From: Vicugna vicugna
Taxonomy: Eukaryota
Assembly (NCBI GenBank): GCA_013265495.1
Contig: MU058714.1
Location: forward strand, 806,001-870,000
Length of the DNA stretch: 64,000 nt
Direction of reading: 5' to 3'
A program made the translations under genes and the position numbers. Positions 36,601 through 49,869 of the stretch are shown piece after piece; the stretch's first letter is position 1; the number at the start of each line of letters is the position of its first letter. The notes below the pieces were generated by a model, which was not told the origin of the DNA, searched no databases, and saw only the letters and a program-made list of their open reading frames with translations.

Positions 36601-39403
36601 CTCCGGGGCGGCAGAGCTGAAGAGGGCGGAGGTGGGACTCCAGCAGGGGGAGCAGGCAAAGGAGAGGCCTCACTAGGGGCCGGGGGCTGTCCCAGAGTGA
36701 GGCCAGCCTGACGTTATGTGGGTTATGTTTGGCATCTGGGGGTTCACAGGAGTGAGAGCAGAAGAGGGCAGAGGGCAGGGGGCAAAGGGAGGGAGGAGCA
36801 GGATGCAGGGCAGCCAAGGAGGCCCCGGAAGGGGCGAGCGTCTCCCCCAGCCCTCCAGGGGAGCAGCAGGACCGGTCCGTGTCCCCCTTCCCCTCCTCTC
36901 CACGCCCCCCCACCCCCCACGGCCTGGATGGGGGCCCAGGAAGCTGTGGGCTGGAGCCGCTCTGACCTGGTGACCTTTCCTGCGGCCGCGGCCGAGCTCC
37001 CTTCACGGCAGGATGGGAGCTGGGTTTGCCCGGGGCCTCTGGCCCTGACCTCCTTGTCCTGGTTGCTTCCTGTCTCCCGTCGCCACGTGTTCCCCTCAAT
37101 GCTCTTTAAACCCCGGGCGCTGTGCCTTCGTCGCTCCATCTGGTCCTCCTCTCGGGCTCCACTGGGCAAGGTCAGGCTGGCGCCGGAGCTTGGAGCAGGG
37201 ATTCGGGGTGCCCGGCACAGCACCACCTCTGGGAACGAGATAGTCGGGCCCTGGGGCTGCGCCCCAGACAGCTGAGCAGCAGGCCACAGCCCAAGTGTGA
37301 CCCCCGCCAGGGACGTCCTCCCGATGCCGTGGCCCAGTGTGCGTGAGGAGGGACGGGTGTGTGTGTGTGAGAACCAGCTCTGCGTCTGAGAGCGGCAGCA
37401 GTAACGCAGAGGGCACGGCTCGGTGGTCACTGAGATAACGTGTGCCCGGCACAAGGCCTGGCACCCAGTGAGGGTCTCCAGCTGTCTGTCTCCCTCCCTC
37501 CCTCCCGCATCGCGTCCTCACCTGCAGGATGGAGGCGGCCTGGACGTCCTGGCGAGAGCCCCGTGCCCCCAGGTTCCCAGGATCCTTGTGTCCACTTCTG
37601 GTTGCTGACCGTCTGCCTGGTGCTGGGGCAGCAGGGACGTGAGCATTTTCTACTGACTAGAACGTCTCAGGGAAGGGGTGTGGGTTGCTAGGCTCCCCAT
37701 TTATGGATGGGGGCACCGAGGCCGGGAATGACTGAGACACTGGGCCCGGGGCGCAGAGCTGGTCCTGGTGGACTCAGGATGCAAGCTTGGTGCTCGACCC
37801 CACAGCCCTGCTCTTCATCCCTGCTCTGTGGGCAGCCTCCTCCCTGCTCCGGGTGCCCCGCAGCTCGGCGAGGACCCTGGCGGTGGGGGTCAGAGGGCCA
37901 GGGGAGCTCGTCCTGCAGCGGGTGACTACAGTGGCGTCACCACCAGCCCTATGGGTGGCCACACGTGTCCTGCTCTGGACTCTGACAGGTTGCAGCTTGT
38001 TTTTCGAGACTTGTCAGCATGGGGCTGCCAGGAAGGCAGGTACCTGCCTCTAACAGGGATGTCTGCCCAGCTCCCCCGCTGAGGGCTCATGTTCCACAAT
38101 GCCTACACGGCTCAGGGCCGGTCCCTGTAAGACCCTGTAAGGAGTCTTGAGAGGGTCGGCCAGGGGCGCACATAGCTTTGGATTTAAAACGGGGCCAAAG
38201 CTTTCGCTAGCTCGGTCAAACAGTTCCCTGAATGTGGACGTTTGGCTGAAGTCAGGGGGTCGATATCAGCTGCTGCTCCCCACAACCCTGCCCAGAACCC
38301 CCCCAGTGCCCTCCCCCAGGCCCCCATCTCTGATTTCAGAGTCATCTCTGCGCAACCTCCCAGCTCCTGCAAGCCGCCACGCGTGACGCCTGCCCTCCGA
38401 GGCTGCATGAATAATGGAACTGAAATCATCCCTAGTTAAAAATAGATACTCTTCTTAATAAATATCTTATGGACTGTCTTCAGGATACACAGGCCCCCTG
38501 TCTGAAGAGGTGAAGCTGACCCTCCTATCAAACCCAAAGACCCGCCCAGGGTCCCCGCGGCCACGGCTCCCGAGCGGGACCCACCCGCTCTGTGGTGATG
38601 TCCGGTGGAACCAGCCCACGTGCGGGAGGGAGAGAACTCCCAGCCAGGAGCAGCCTGGGAATTCCTGGGCGTGTTGGTCACCTGTGAATTTTATGGGGCA
38701 AATCAGTTACCCAGTGCCCTTTGGTTAGTGAGGCTTGGAGTTCAGAAAAGCCAAAAGCAGGTTCTCATGTTCCTGCTGTGCAGAGGACTCCCCCTCTGAG
38801 CAGCAGCTGGCACATCAGGGGACAGCCTCCCGGAGGACGAGAAAATTCTGGGTAGGGACGTGGAAGTAGTTGGAGTTTAAAGTGCTGGCCTGTTTCAGAA
38901 AACTCTGCAAATGCAGTGCAACCTTGAAGGTCTGTGTTAATTAGGACACGGCCTGGTCTAGACACAGCAAATGAACCTGAAGAATATGCAGAAACAGCTG
39001 CCCGTCTAGACCACCTCTACCTCATACGAGCCGCCCCTGGAAGACAGGGGCAGGCAGGAAACGTGGGGGTCTGCCCAGCATGCAGACCACTCAAAGTAAC
39101 CCCCACTCTGCAGGCTCCAAGAGAACGGTTGGAGGGTCCTTGCTCAACAGGGCAGGAAACTGGGTGTTGAAGAAGCGGCACGTGCTGGAGCTGGGACAGA
39201 GGAAGCAAAGGGGCTCTGGGGCCTGTGCTTCAGTGCTGGGCCCTCTGCCAGTGCTGGCAGCTCCACACCCCCTCTGGTTTCCTAGGACTGAGCTCAGAGT
39301 CCCTTCCCTGTAAGGCCTACCTGCTTTGAGGAGGGGCCACTGTCTCCCTGGTGCCCAGCTTGCCTTGAGGACATTTTGGTTTAGCACCCAGCACCCTAAC
39401 GGC

Positions 39404-39592
39404 TGGGTAGATGGATAGATGGATAGATGGATGGACAGATGGGTGGATGAGTAGATGGATGGGTGGATGGATGGATGGGTGGGTGGATGGATGGGTGGGT
39501 GGATGGTTAGATGGATAGACAGATGGGTGGATGGAGAGATGGGTGGGTGGCTGGATGAATAATGGATGGGTGGATGGATGTGTGAATGATGG
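39404..39592 (+). repeat. (GGAT)n/(GGGT)n simple repeat
   Basis: gatggatagatggatagatggatggacagatgggtggatg... Confidence 0.9.
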
Positions 39593-40729
39593 AAAAAGAC
39601 ACCCTGTATCAGATTCCAAAGGGTAACTGATCACAGAGTAAAAATGGGAACCCAGTCACTCTCGCTCCAGAGCTCGTCCTACAGGTGGCTACTTGCTTTC
39701 ATCCTTCTCTTCGCCCGCTGCCCTCTGTCCTCTGCTTCCCAGTTTCTGCATTATTGACTGGAACGTCAGGGATTGGGGGGCAGGGAGAAGGAGCTGGGGG
39801 ATGGGGGCAGACCTGCAGAGAATGGACAGTGAGGATTCAAGGACCCGACGCTGGGCTCTCCCATGTGGCCCTTGAGACCCTGAGTGGCCGGACTGGCCCT
39901 CCACGCCGGAGAGCCAGGGCGCCTTAAGGCGCTGCGATGTACCCTGATATTCCTCAAACAAAGCCAGCCCTGGGGCGTTGGGCAGTCGGAACGCAGCGCC
40001 CACTCAGGCTTGCGCTGGGCGAGGCTTTGTGAGGAGCACAAAAGAAGTTAAAAAAAAAAAGACATCCAATTATTTCAATAGAAAGAGGATTTTTAAAAAT
40101 CTTTGCCACTGTGCCTCCACTTGTTTTGTGTTCTTTAGTTTGGAAGGTACAAGGGAAGAAAATCAGGAAATGTTTTCACTTCTCTGTGATTGAGCAAACT
40201 CTTAAAATATTAAACTGTGGCTTAATAATTGATTAAAACTAATCTCAGTGGAAGCCAATCACCCATCTGGAGGATCTCTTTAAACTTTTAGGGGCTTTTA
40301 GCTCCCCCCGGCCGCCTAAGCTTTCTCTTGTCTGATTCATTCAGGGCTCAGCAGACGCTTTGCCTCTCGTGGGCTGACGATGTCAGGGCGCCTCTTGAAC
40401 TGCTGGCGGGCGGGCTGACCGAGGCTGGGTTCAGAAGCAGCGAAGTCTTAGCGACACTGTGAAGAGGCGGCAGGGGGGGGGCAGGGGGAGTCAGAGCAGC
40501 TGCACATCATGGGACTGAGCTCTCTAAGACCCAGGGGGAGGCAGAGGTGAGTTGTGCGGCCCGCAGAGCCACTTCAGTTGCCCACACTTGAGTTTTCCTG
40601 CAGAACGACAATGATGCTGGCCTCTCCGGCTTTCATGGGGACACGGGGACACTGAGCAGAGTGGTTTGGAACGTGGGCTTGGACGTCGGACTGCCGTGGT
40701 CCAGCCCTTCCCCACAGGGTTACTTCGTG

Positions 40730-40830
40730 TATGACCTGGGACAGTTTCTTCTCTGCAATGAGTAGCCTCTCTGTGCCTCAGTTTCCTCATCTATAAAATG
40801 GGAGTAAGTGTAGAAATGCCTGTCTGAGCC
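40730..40830 (+). mobile_element. MIR SINE core
   Basis: cctctctgtgcctcagtttcctcatctataaaatggga. Confidence 0.75.
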
Positions 40831-40949
40831 GATTAGGGAAGACATTCTCAGCAATAGCCGGGGCTGGAGGAGGGCTCCACTGGGTTTGCTATGCTGATTT
40901 TAAAGAAAGTATCTTGAATTCCGTAAGATAAATGGCCCTCTGGGAACAG

Positions 40950-41470
40950 CCAGTGTCCTCAAAACTGAGTCTTGAAGAGATATATGCACACCCATATTCA
41001 CAGCAGCACTATTCACAACGGCCAGAAAAATGGGAGCAACTACCATGTCCAACAGTGGATAAATGGATAAACGAAACATGGTCCATCCGTACAACAGCTG
41101 CTCAGTGAGAAAAGGCAGACGCAACAGGACAGACACTCTGTGACCTGCTTACACAAGGTCCCTGAGGCAGCCGGGTTCACAAGGACACAGCAGAACGGTG
41201 GGGGCCGGGGCGGGGGGAGTTAGTGTTTCATGGGGAGAGAGTTTCAGTTTGGGAAGATGAAGCTCCGCTGGTGGATGGTGGTGCCTGCCGCACGGCGGTG
41301 TGAAGCTCCGCCGGGGGATGGCGGTGTGAAGCTCCACCGGGGGACGGCGGTGCTGGCTGCATGGCGGTGTGAATGGACTTAGCTGTTGAACCGTGCTCCT
41401 CAAACGGTTAGGATGGTCAGTGTTCTGTATGTGTGTCTTGCCACAATGAAAAGTCAATTGAAACAACACA
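40950..41470 (+). mobile_element. L1MB-like 3' end with internal tandem duplication
   Basis: tgcacacccatattcacagcagcactattcacaacggcc...gagttagtgtttcatggggagagagtttcagtttggga. Confidence 0.8.
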
Positions 41471-44063
41471 AAGCATATCTGCCTCCTGTCCGGGCGTCTC
41501 ACCTGGTTGGGACCAGACCTGCTTGCTGCCTGTGGGCCATGCTCAGCTGGGCAGAGATGGGGCAGGGCCCCCCATGACAGCTCAGCGGGGGATCCCCCGC
41601 CACTTGCTGGGTTGTCTGCAGCCCAGCCAAGTGACGCTTCAAGGGCCCACAGCTGGATCAGCTGACCGCATCCTTCCGTGCTGTTGGCGGGAGTGGAAAG
41701 GGTTCTGGCCTCTTTGGAAGGGGCTCCTTAGGAAGGTGTGTGGAGAACCTCAGACGTGCCCAGATCAGAGCCCCTGAGGAGTGGAGTTGGGGTTGGAACA
41801 CTGCCTGGTCCTGGCTTAGCCTCGTGTTCATTCTTGGCTCCAGGAAATAGCACCACCATTCGACGGTGGAATACGGGAAGGGAGGATGGAGACAGGGCCT
41901 GGACCCGACCCCTGATAACTCCCCCTCTCGAGAGACCACAGCCAGCAGTTGTGAGAAACCCGTCTGAGACCCCGGTAGCTGCGATCTGCACTCCTGCCAC
42001 CTTCCTGGAGCGTCCTGCTTAGAAAGTTCTTTCATGTGCTTGAGCCCCTTTAACCCCTACAGCCCTCCCGCCTTGTCTCCTTGTGCAGACTTGTCTACTT
42101 AAAACGGCCAAGGAAGGTGCACCTTCTCAGGGGGCGGTGGGGCAGGCCTGTGGGAGACCAGGCCTGGGGGGTCCATCGGGGCAGGACGCCCCGCACTGAG
42201 AGTCACAGCGAGAAGGGCCCCAACCACGCAGAGCTGGGATCGAAGGTCCGGCTTCCTTTTTCTCAGTCCTCTGCTTACCATGCCAGTATGTGCACGTGCT
42301 CTTTTAAAAAGTCAAATTAGGAAAGAAAAAGCAAAAAGAAGCAAACAGCACAGAGAGGGAGGTTTATAAAGAGCCCCCCTCCTGCTCCTCCATTCTCAGC
42401 CCCAAGGGCAAGGCTGCATCTTTAACTGTCCAGCCGTCGCCTCTAAGAGCCTGAATGACGTGCTTATAACGCCGTTTCTCGCTTCATCCGCTTTAGAGAT
42501 TATCTGTGGACCTGCTGACTCCCTGCTGTTCTGGGGCGGCTTTGCTCACTGACACCGCCTGCCCCCGCCCCCTGCCCTGTGCAGTTCCGGGGACAAGGGG
42601 GCGCCGGCCTGCCTTCCTGGGACGCCCCTGCTTCCAGCCCCGCTCCGGTTCTGTGCTGTCCAGGTCGGTGGCTTTCGTTCCGATCCGGGGCAGCAACTGT
42701 CTGAGGTGATGCTCCCCATTGACAGCTGAGCACGTGAGCGCTCCGCGGCCAGCGGGCAAGGCCGCTCCTCGTCCCCGCAGGACTGCGTGCCTGGGCTGTC
42801 TCCCACGGGGGGCTCAGAGCCCCTCCTCGTCTTCATCTGTGTGTGTTGGACGGGCCTTTCTTACAGGCACTCCTTCTCCTGCGTCTTGACTGCTTCATCC
42901 TTTCCCTCTGGGGAGAGGAAGGCCCTGCCCCCCTCCTCCCTGGTACCTTGTACCTCAAGGCTCAGAGCAGGGGCTCCGCGCTCAGCCCCGGGCTTCCTGG
43001 CGCAGACTCCGTCGCTCCTGGACTTCTCACTGCCTTTCTTTCTGCCGCTGCATCTTGGAGTTTGCTCCGAAGTCACCGTGCCACTGTGGCACCTCGGGCT
43101 TTCTCGTTCACGCTGAGGCTTTGTCCTGGGGACGTGGGCTGTCCGTCCGCATGTGAGACGAGCAAGGCTGGTGTGGAGAGGGCCGGGCTGCAGGGCAGCT
43201 TCGGACAGCCCCGGGTGCCGGCGTCGTGCTGGCGATGGGGGCCTCCAACACCCACAGAGCTCGATGCCTCTATTCTGGGTGGGGAGGTGGGGAAGCTGAG
43301 ACCCAGGGGTCAGGCGGCTTGTCCGAGGTCACATGGCAAGTGAGTGACCAGAACCCAGATGCAGAGTCAAGAATCCAGGCCCCTCCGCCGGGCCACAGCT
43401 ACCTTGGGGAAGCCACCCAGGAGAGCCGGGCTTCCTAAGCACTTGAGCCATCTGCAGAGCTCCCCCGAGGGGCTCGTGGCCCGGCCCGGACAGCTCTGCT
43501 CCTTGGCACTGCCCTTTCTCCCCTGGCTCCCCTGGGCCCCATCCACAGCCACCCCTCCCAACAAGGGCACATCCTGAGGCTTCAGAACAAACGCAGCCCC
43601 CGGGGTTGTCTGACCAGAAAGCACAGGCCAGGCATGTGCTGCGGGGCCGTCAGGCCGAGGAGGGCTTGCCGTTCCGCTGCCTTGAACAATCCAGCCTGAC
43701 AATTAGCTGTAGATCTGATCCCCACGTGTCCGGGAGAAGGGCCCTGGGCTGGGGCCGTCGGCAGAGGGGCTGCCGGCCTTCGGGGCCCATGGGCGGGCTC
43801 TCAGGCCGGCTTCGAGGGGATGGGCTGCGGGCCACTCGGCCTCCTTCCGTGACCTGGGAGGCTGTCTCTTCCAGCCGTCATTCACCTTCCCACAGGCTGC
43901 CCCACAGGGCTCACTTTTCATGCCCAATCACAGAGCGTTGGTGCAGGGTGGCCTCCCGTCCCGTCCCTTCCTTGTGGGGGCAGGGTACAGGGGATCTGGT
44001 GGGACCGGCCAGGCCACTCGGTGGCTCCCTGGGGGCCCTGCTGGTGTTGGGGGCAGGGTGGCC

Positions 44064-44590
44064 GTATTAGTCAGGGTCCTCCAGAGAAACAGAACCAGTA
44101 GGACATATATACGGGGCAGTGGGGGTGGAGGGAGAAAGAGGGCTTATTTGAAGTAATTGGCTCCTGAGATTGTGGGGCTGGCACGTCTGAAATCTGAAAT
44201 CCGAAATCCTGGCCTTTCCAGGAGTTGACGTTGCAGTCTTAAGCCCAGGGGCGGTTTGTAGGCAAAATTCCTCCCTGTTCTGGGGACCTCAGTCTTTCCT
44301 CTTAAGGCCTTTGCCTGATTTGACGAGGCCCACCCACAGTACGGAGGGTCATCTACTGTCCTGAAAGTCTGCCGAGTTACACCCCATCTGATGCTGTGTG
44401 CCAGAAATCGACACTCTGTAACTGATGATACTTCAATTTAAAACAATTTTAAAAAGGAAAAAACCCAGCTCTCATCAGCACCAAAAAATAAATAGATGAA
44501 TCTCATCTGAAATGTACGTTCACAGCAGCATCTGGACGGTTGACCACACAGCTGGGTGCCCTGGCCCAGCCAAGCTGACACATAGAAGTA
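44064..44590 (-). mobile_element. ERVL MLT2-type LTR, interrupted by a short L1-like tail
   Basis: gtattagtcagggtcctccagagaaacagaaccagtagg...ggcccagccaagctgacacataga. Confidence 0.8.
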
Positions 44591-46039
44591 ACGATGGCAT
44601 GGTGCCGACTGCACAGTGTGGGGCATTTGGCATCCCTGGCCCCTGCCCTCTTAGCACCATGGTGTCCCCAGACTTGTGACAACCAAAGGCAAGTCTCCTC
44701 CATGCTTCGGTATGAGCCCTGGGTCAGGGAGCTGGGGAGTCCTGCAACCTCTCCGCAGAGATGGGGGAGCCGGAAGTCACCTGGGACCCCCAGCCAGAGC
44801 CCCGTCTAGCTTTTCTGCTCAACTGGGGATTAAACATCTTAAGTCCAGGGAACGCCTCCTCACGCACGTCCTCCAGGGCACAGGCTGGGTCCTGAACCCT
44901 CAGCGGGCCTCCTGCAACGTCCCGCCTCCCCTGTTTCGGGTTCTCTGCCAGTCAGTCTGGGGCCCCCGGCTGTGGCGGCCTCTGGTAAACAGCCACAACA
45001 GCGGCCTTGGAAACCGGCCCAGAAATTGGAGATTTCTGTAACAATTAGCGCTCGCCTGGAGTCCAGCCCCCGGGGACGGTGTGTGGTAGGAATGGAGCTG
45101 TTTCGTTTCATCCCCAGGTGGGAGACTGTGGTTAGAAATTCTGATGCGGCTGAGTCCCTGCTACCCTGGCCCCTGTCCTCTGGAAGCCTGGTGTGTGCAG
45201 CTCAGAGTCAGGGCGGCTGATGTGGACCTGCTGTTTGCCAGCTTTGGGCAGTTCACCAGTCCCCAGGCCCAGACTTGCCAAGGTAAATGCTATGCCCTTT
45301 TCATTGGGCTGTCATGCATAAAACTGCCACTGTGTTCCCTCGTTCCTGCCCCCCAGTGAGCCCTGCGGCTGGCAGCTGCCGGCACACTGGGGTGCTCTGA
45401 GGACAAGCCCACGATTGGTGTACCCCCTTTCCTTTCCAGCCTAGCTTGACCGCCTTGGTCCAGAGCCCCAGACAAATTCAGGAGTGGTTTTGTGCCCTTG
45501 TGTACACCCAGGAGAGCACACGCTTGGCATTACAGCCCTGGCTGTTGGGAGTCTGGCTGGACCATGGCTGGGGTGGGGAGGAAGAGGAGATGGGGCCGCT
45601 GGCCATGGGATTTCAGCCTCCCCGCTTGGCTGGACGCGCCCGTCACCCCTCTGATCTGGACTACTGCCCGCACCACCTCCTGCCCCATCCAAATGGGGTG
45701 GGAGGCCAGCGAGACAGGGAAAGAAGACAGGGCATCCGGGACCACAGTGGCAGGAGACACCGTAGTGGGCCTGGACGCCACGTATGGTGACCACAAGGAG
45801 CTGCTATAGAGCGGGCACTTTTGTGTGTCCGCCCCTGCAGTAGGCTCCTCGTGGGCGCCTCCCGGTGCCCCTTCCCCCCTCACAGTCACACGCCCCACGT
45901 GCATCTTTAAAGAGGGCTTAGACGTGGGTAAAAAGCCACTTCAAGCATCTGCCTCTAGGTACAGAGCTGTGCAAGGACACAGTTCACGCAGGTGCTTCAT
46001 GCTGGTATTTCTGCGTCTTTTTATAAAGTCATGCCATTT

Positions 46040-46540
46040 CCTTTTCTTTTAAATTGAAATATAGTCAAATTACAGTGTGTGTTAATGTCTGGTGTCCAGC
46101 ACAGTGATTCATTTATATATATAAATACATTCCTTTTCGTATTCTTTTTTCATCATAGGCCCTTACAAGACATCGAATGTACTTCCCTGTGCTCTACAGG
46201 AGGACCCTGTTGTTTACTTACACACAGTAGTTAATATCTACAAATCCCAGCCTCCCAGTTTATCCCTCTTCGTTCCCTTCCCCACTGGTAACCATTAGTA
46301 TGTGTTCTATGTCTGTGAGTCTGTCTCTGTTTTGTAAATAAGTTCATTTGTGTCATTTTTTTAAGATTCCGCGTGTGAGTGGTACCTTGTGGTATTTCTC
46401 TTTCTCTTTCTGGCTTACTTCACTAAGAACAACCGTCTCCAGGTCCATCTGCGTTGCTGCAAATGGCATTATGTTATTCTTTTTTACGGCCGAGTGGTAT
46501 TCCATTGTGTATGTGTGTGTGTGAGTGTGTGTGTGTATCA
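46040..46540 (-). mobile_element. L1 3' end
   Basis: Encodes TMEYHSAVKKNNIMPFAATQMDLETVVLSEVSQKEKEKYH (46353-46541), typical of the L1 ORF2 C-terminal region. Confidence 0.85.
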
Positions 46541-47079
46541 CAACTTTGTTAAAGCCATGTCTTTTCTAATGATGTGATTTGGTTATTTTATTGAAAACTC
46601 TGCAATCGATGTTTGATTAGTGACTCATTCTCACTGATGAGTGGGATTGCAGGTCTAAGACACACCACCGAACCTCCACAAGCTCACAGTCTCGCAGGAG
46701 GCACAGGTGTAACAACACGACATGCAGCCCTGCCTGAGGTGAGACAGCTTGTCAACCAAGCCTCCGTTGTTCTGAATCTGCCTCTTGAAAAAGTCTAAGT
46801 GCTTTTTCCTAGAAGAGGATTTGTCAAGTCGTTGATTGAGTCAGTGAGTTCTAGAAGCATTTATTAGGCTGAAGAAAACATTTTCTTTTTAACAATATAA
46901 TCCTCTAGAGCTAGCCAAAGAACATTATTTACAGCATCTAACTTTTTTCACACAACAACCTTATAGGATGGGTAGAGTAAGAACTACACCCACCCCATTT
47001 TAAAACTGAGGGAAGTTACAGAGACGCTGAGTGGTAGATTCTGGGTAAGAACTTCTGCTCCTTGGCCAGAGAGTCTTTT

Positions 47080-47180
47080 ATTCACCCACTCATTCATCCA
47101 CCCACCTGCCCATCCGTGCATCCATCTATCCATTTATCCATCCATTCATGCATCTATCCACCCACCCCCTAGCCACCCAG
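47080..47180 (+). repeat. (CCAT)n-like simple repeat, L2 tail type
   Basis: cattcatccacccacctgcccatccgtgcatccatctatccatttatccatccattcat. Confidence 0.65.
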
Positions 47181-48610
47181 CCGGCCATTGCCAGGCCCAG
47201 GGCTAAGCAATGGGGGACAGAGGTGGCTCCAGCTCTCAGAGAACTCCCAGTCCAGAATGTTGTTGGGTCCCGGAGGTTACAGTGGTGCCTTATGTTCTCC
47301 TCGCCATTTCAAGATTAGCTTCTTGGCCCACAGACAATCTGGGAACGGATGCCTTTGGCCGGGCTGGGGGCTCGGCGCAACCACAAGTGATGAGGTGCAG
47401 GGAAGAGCGCTGACATCCCACAAAATCCTGACGGTCCCGGCACGAAGTGCTGAGTAGTGCTCGTGTGGTGCCTGAGCCTCCAGGCAACCGTGGGAGAGGA
47501 TTTCTGATCTCCCTGCGGACACTAAGAGGCAGCAAATCTTCTTTTGATGGATTAATGGATCCAAATGTCATGAGGGCTCCTGATTTATAGCCCGTATTCT
47601 CATCTGCCCGCCATAGCCTGGCAGACTCTGAGGGAAAAGTTCTTGGGCAGTAGGGTCAAGTGAAGGTTGTTCTTTTAAAGCAAGAGGAGAACATTGTGAC
47701 AATACAGGAGCAATGTCATGAAGGATGAGCCCTGACACGCTCAGCAACTGGGAGGAGGATCGGCTCCGGGGGATGGCTCCCCAGCTCGCAGATCCAGACT
47801 CTTGGCTCTTGGGAGCCCAGGCTCTGGGGAACTGACTCGTGATAACCCAACTCACAGGAGGCTGAATGATGGACCCTAATGGCTATGTGCTCCTTCCAGT
47901 GGGAGGGAGGCTCACAGTCCCACAGTCCCGGCCTCTGGCCTGCAGTAGCTCATCTCCCCTGAAGCTAAGCCAGAAAACAAGGGTCCTTCACACACGTTAA
48001 CTCATTTAAGTCTCTCCCGCAGCAGACCCCTGAGGGGCCGTGACTGAGGCTTACTGACGGAAAGTAGCCCAGGTGTCAGGGCAGCGCTGGACTCGAACTC
48101 AAGCCCAAGGCCCCTTCCCAGCCTCCCTTCTCCACCTGGCACAGCGGCCACCACCCTTGCCCTCAAGGATCCAAACTTAGTCCTAAGAACTTAGATGCCA
48201 ACAGCTCTTCCTTGGAGACCAAATTATAGGTGAGAATTGAAATTTTGCGTGGGTGGCAAACACACGTGATTCCTGGATGCTCAGGAAAACCAACAGAGCA
48301 GGTGGGTTAGTCCTGCACCAGGGAACGCCAGGCTCTGGCTCTGGGGTGAAGACGGACTTGGGACCAAGGGTGTTGGGGGGTCTCAGCGGGGACCAGCAGC
48401 TGCCAGGAAGCCCAGGGGGTCCTCTGGGGGCCCTTCTCATAAGTGACAGAGGAGTCAGAGGCCCCTTTCCTGGCAGCGCTGGACAAACACAGCACAGGAC
48501 TGTCCTTTGGGACCCCAGTGTCTAGGCCCCACACAGACCCCTCCTAATGTCACTCCCTGGAGACCCTGAATTCTGGAAGATTCCGTCTCAGCCAGTGTGT
48601 ATTAGATAAA

Positions 48611-48678
48611 GTGTGTGGTGTGTGTGGTGTGTGTGGTGTAGGGTGTGTGTGGTGTGTGGTGTGGTGTGTGTGTGTGTG
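48611..48678 (+). repeat. Imperfect (GT)n/(GTGTG)n repeat
   Basis: Direct reading. Confidence 0.9.
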
Positions 48679-48774
48679 CTGTTGGTGGCAGAATGTGGGA
48701 GAGCCTGGGGATCCTGCTCGAGGGGCTGGCAGATAACTGGAAGGTGAAGTTACAAGTGAGAGAGTTACAGAAAG

Positions 48775-49190
48775 AGTCTAGATTATTGCTGCGTAACAAA
48801 TTATCCCGAATGGAAGCGGCTCAACGTAGCAGTTACCACAGTTTTGGTGGGTCAGCGGCCTGCTGTGACCTGGTCCCCTGAGGGCTGCGGTCCCTCCCGA
48901 GGCTCCCCTGGGGACTATGCTCTTCCTTGCTCCCTCGAGTGGCTGCTGGTGGGATCAGCTCCCCGCCGAGCGGGCCTCTGCGTAGAGCACCTCTCAGCGT
49001 GGCAGCTGTTTCATCAGCACGACCACGCCGGAGGGGAGAGGGGGACCAGCGGGAGTGATCACGGGCGGGGGTCTCGGGCATCGTGATTCAGTCATGAACG
49101 CGACCAGTCCTTACCTCTGCCGCAGTCTCGTCAGAAGCAAGTCCCCAGGTCCGCCCACACTCCGGGGAGGGCGTCACGCAGAGGCGGGCT
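48775..49190 (-). mobile_element. Old MaLR (MLT1) LTR, degenerate
   Basis: attgctgcgtaacaaattatcccga...cagaagcaagtccccaggtccgcccacactccggggaggg. Confidence 0.55.
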
Positions 49191-49869
49191 GGGGCTTGTC
49201 AGAGGACTGATGGTGACTGATGGGCGCTGGGCTAAACCTTCACTCACATCAAGTTATGGTGCCCCGGACAAAACGCTGCCAGGCGTAGGTCCTGTTACTA
49301 CGCTCACTTCGTCACCAAGGACACCGTGGCTCAGAGAGGTTGTCTGGCCTTCTCAAGCTCACACAGCTGTGGGGCAGAGCTGGAATGAGCACCCAGGTCG
49401 GCAGGGCCCGAGGCCTCCCGGCTCCCCTCCAGGGTCTTTGCTCATTTGGCTTTGCCCTGGCTGTTCCCACACTCTTCCCCCATCACCAGACAAAACCCAC
49501 CGGCTCAACTCTCCCACCAGATGCCAGCCACTGAGAGCCCTCTGCCCGCTGACAGGCGCAGCACGTGCGCCCCACGCGGATTTCCTGCGGCGGCAGGGAG
49601 CGGGGGTGGCTAGGCCTCTGGGGCATCCCCCTGCTGGCCCGCCCCTACGCCCCAGAGGCCCCGTCAGCAGTCACTTCCTTTGAGTGAGAGCAATGAGGGT
49701 GCCGGAGATTCCTGCTGCAACCAAGGAAACCCAGGGGGTCGGAGCGGGGGCAGCGGCCGTGCCTTCCCCACGCGCGCCCTGTGACCGCTGATCCTACGGC
49801 TCGAGGGCTTTGCTGTCTGACAGCCGGACGGACCTGGGCCTGCAGGAGCTGGCACACAGGACAGGTCAT

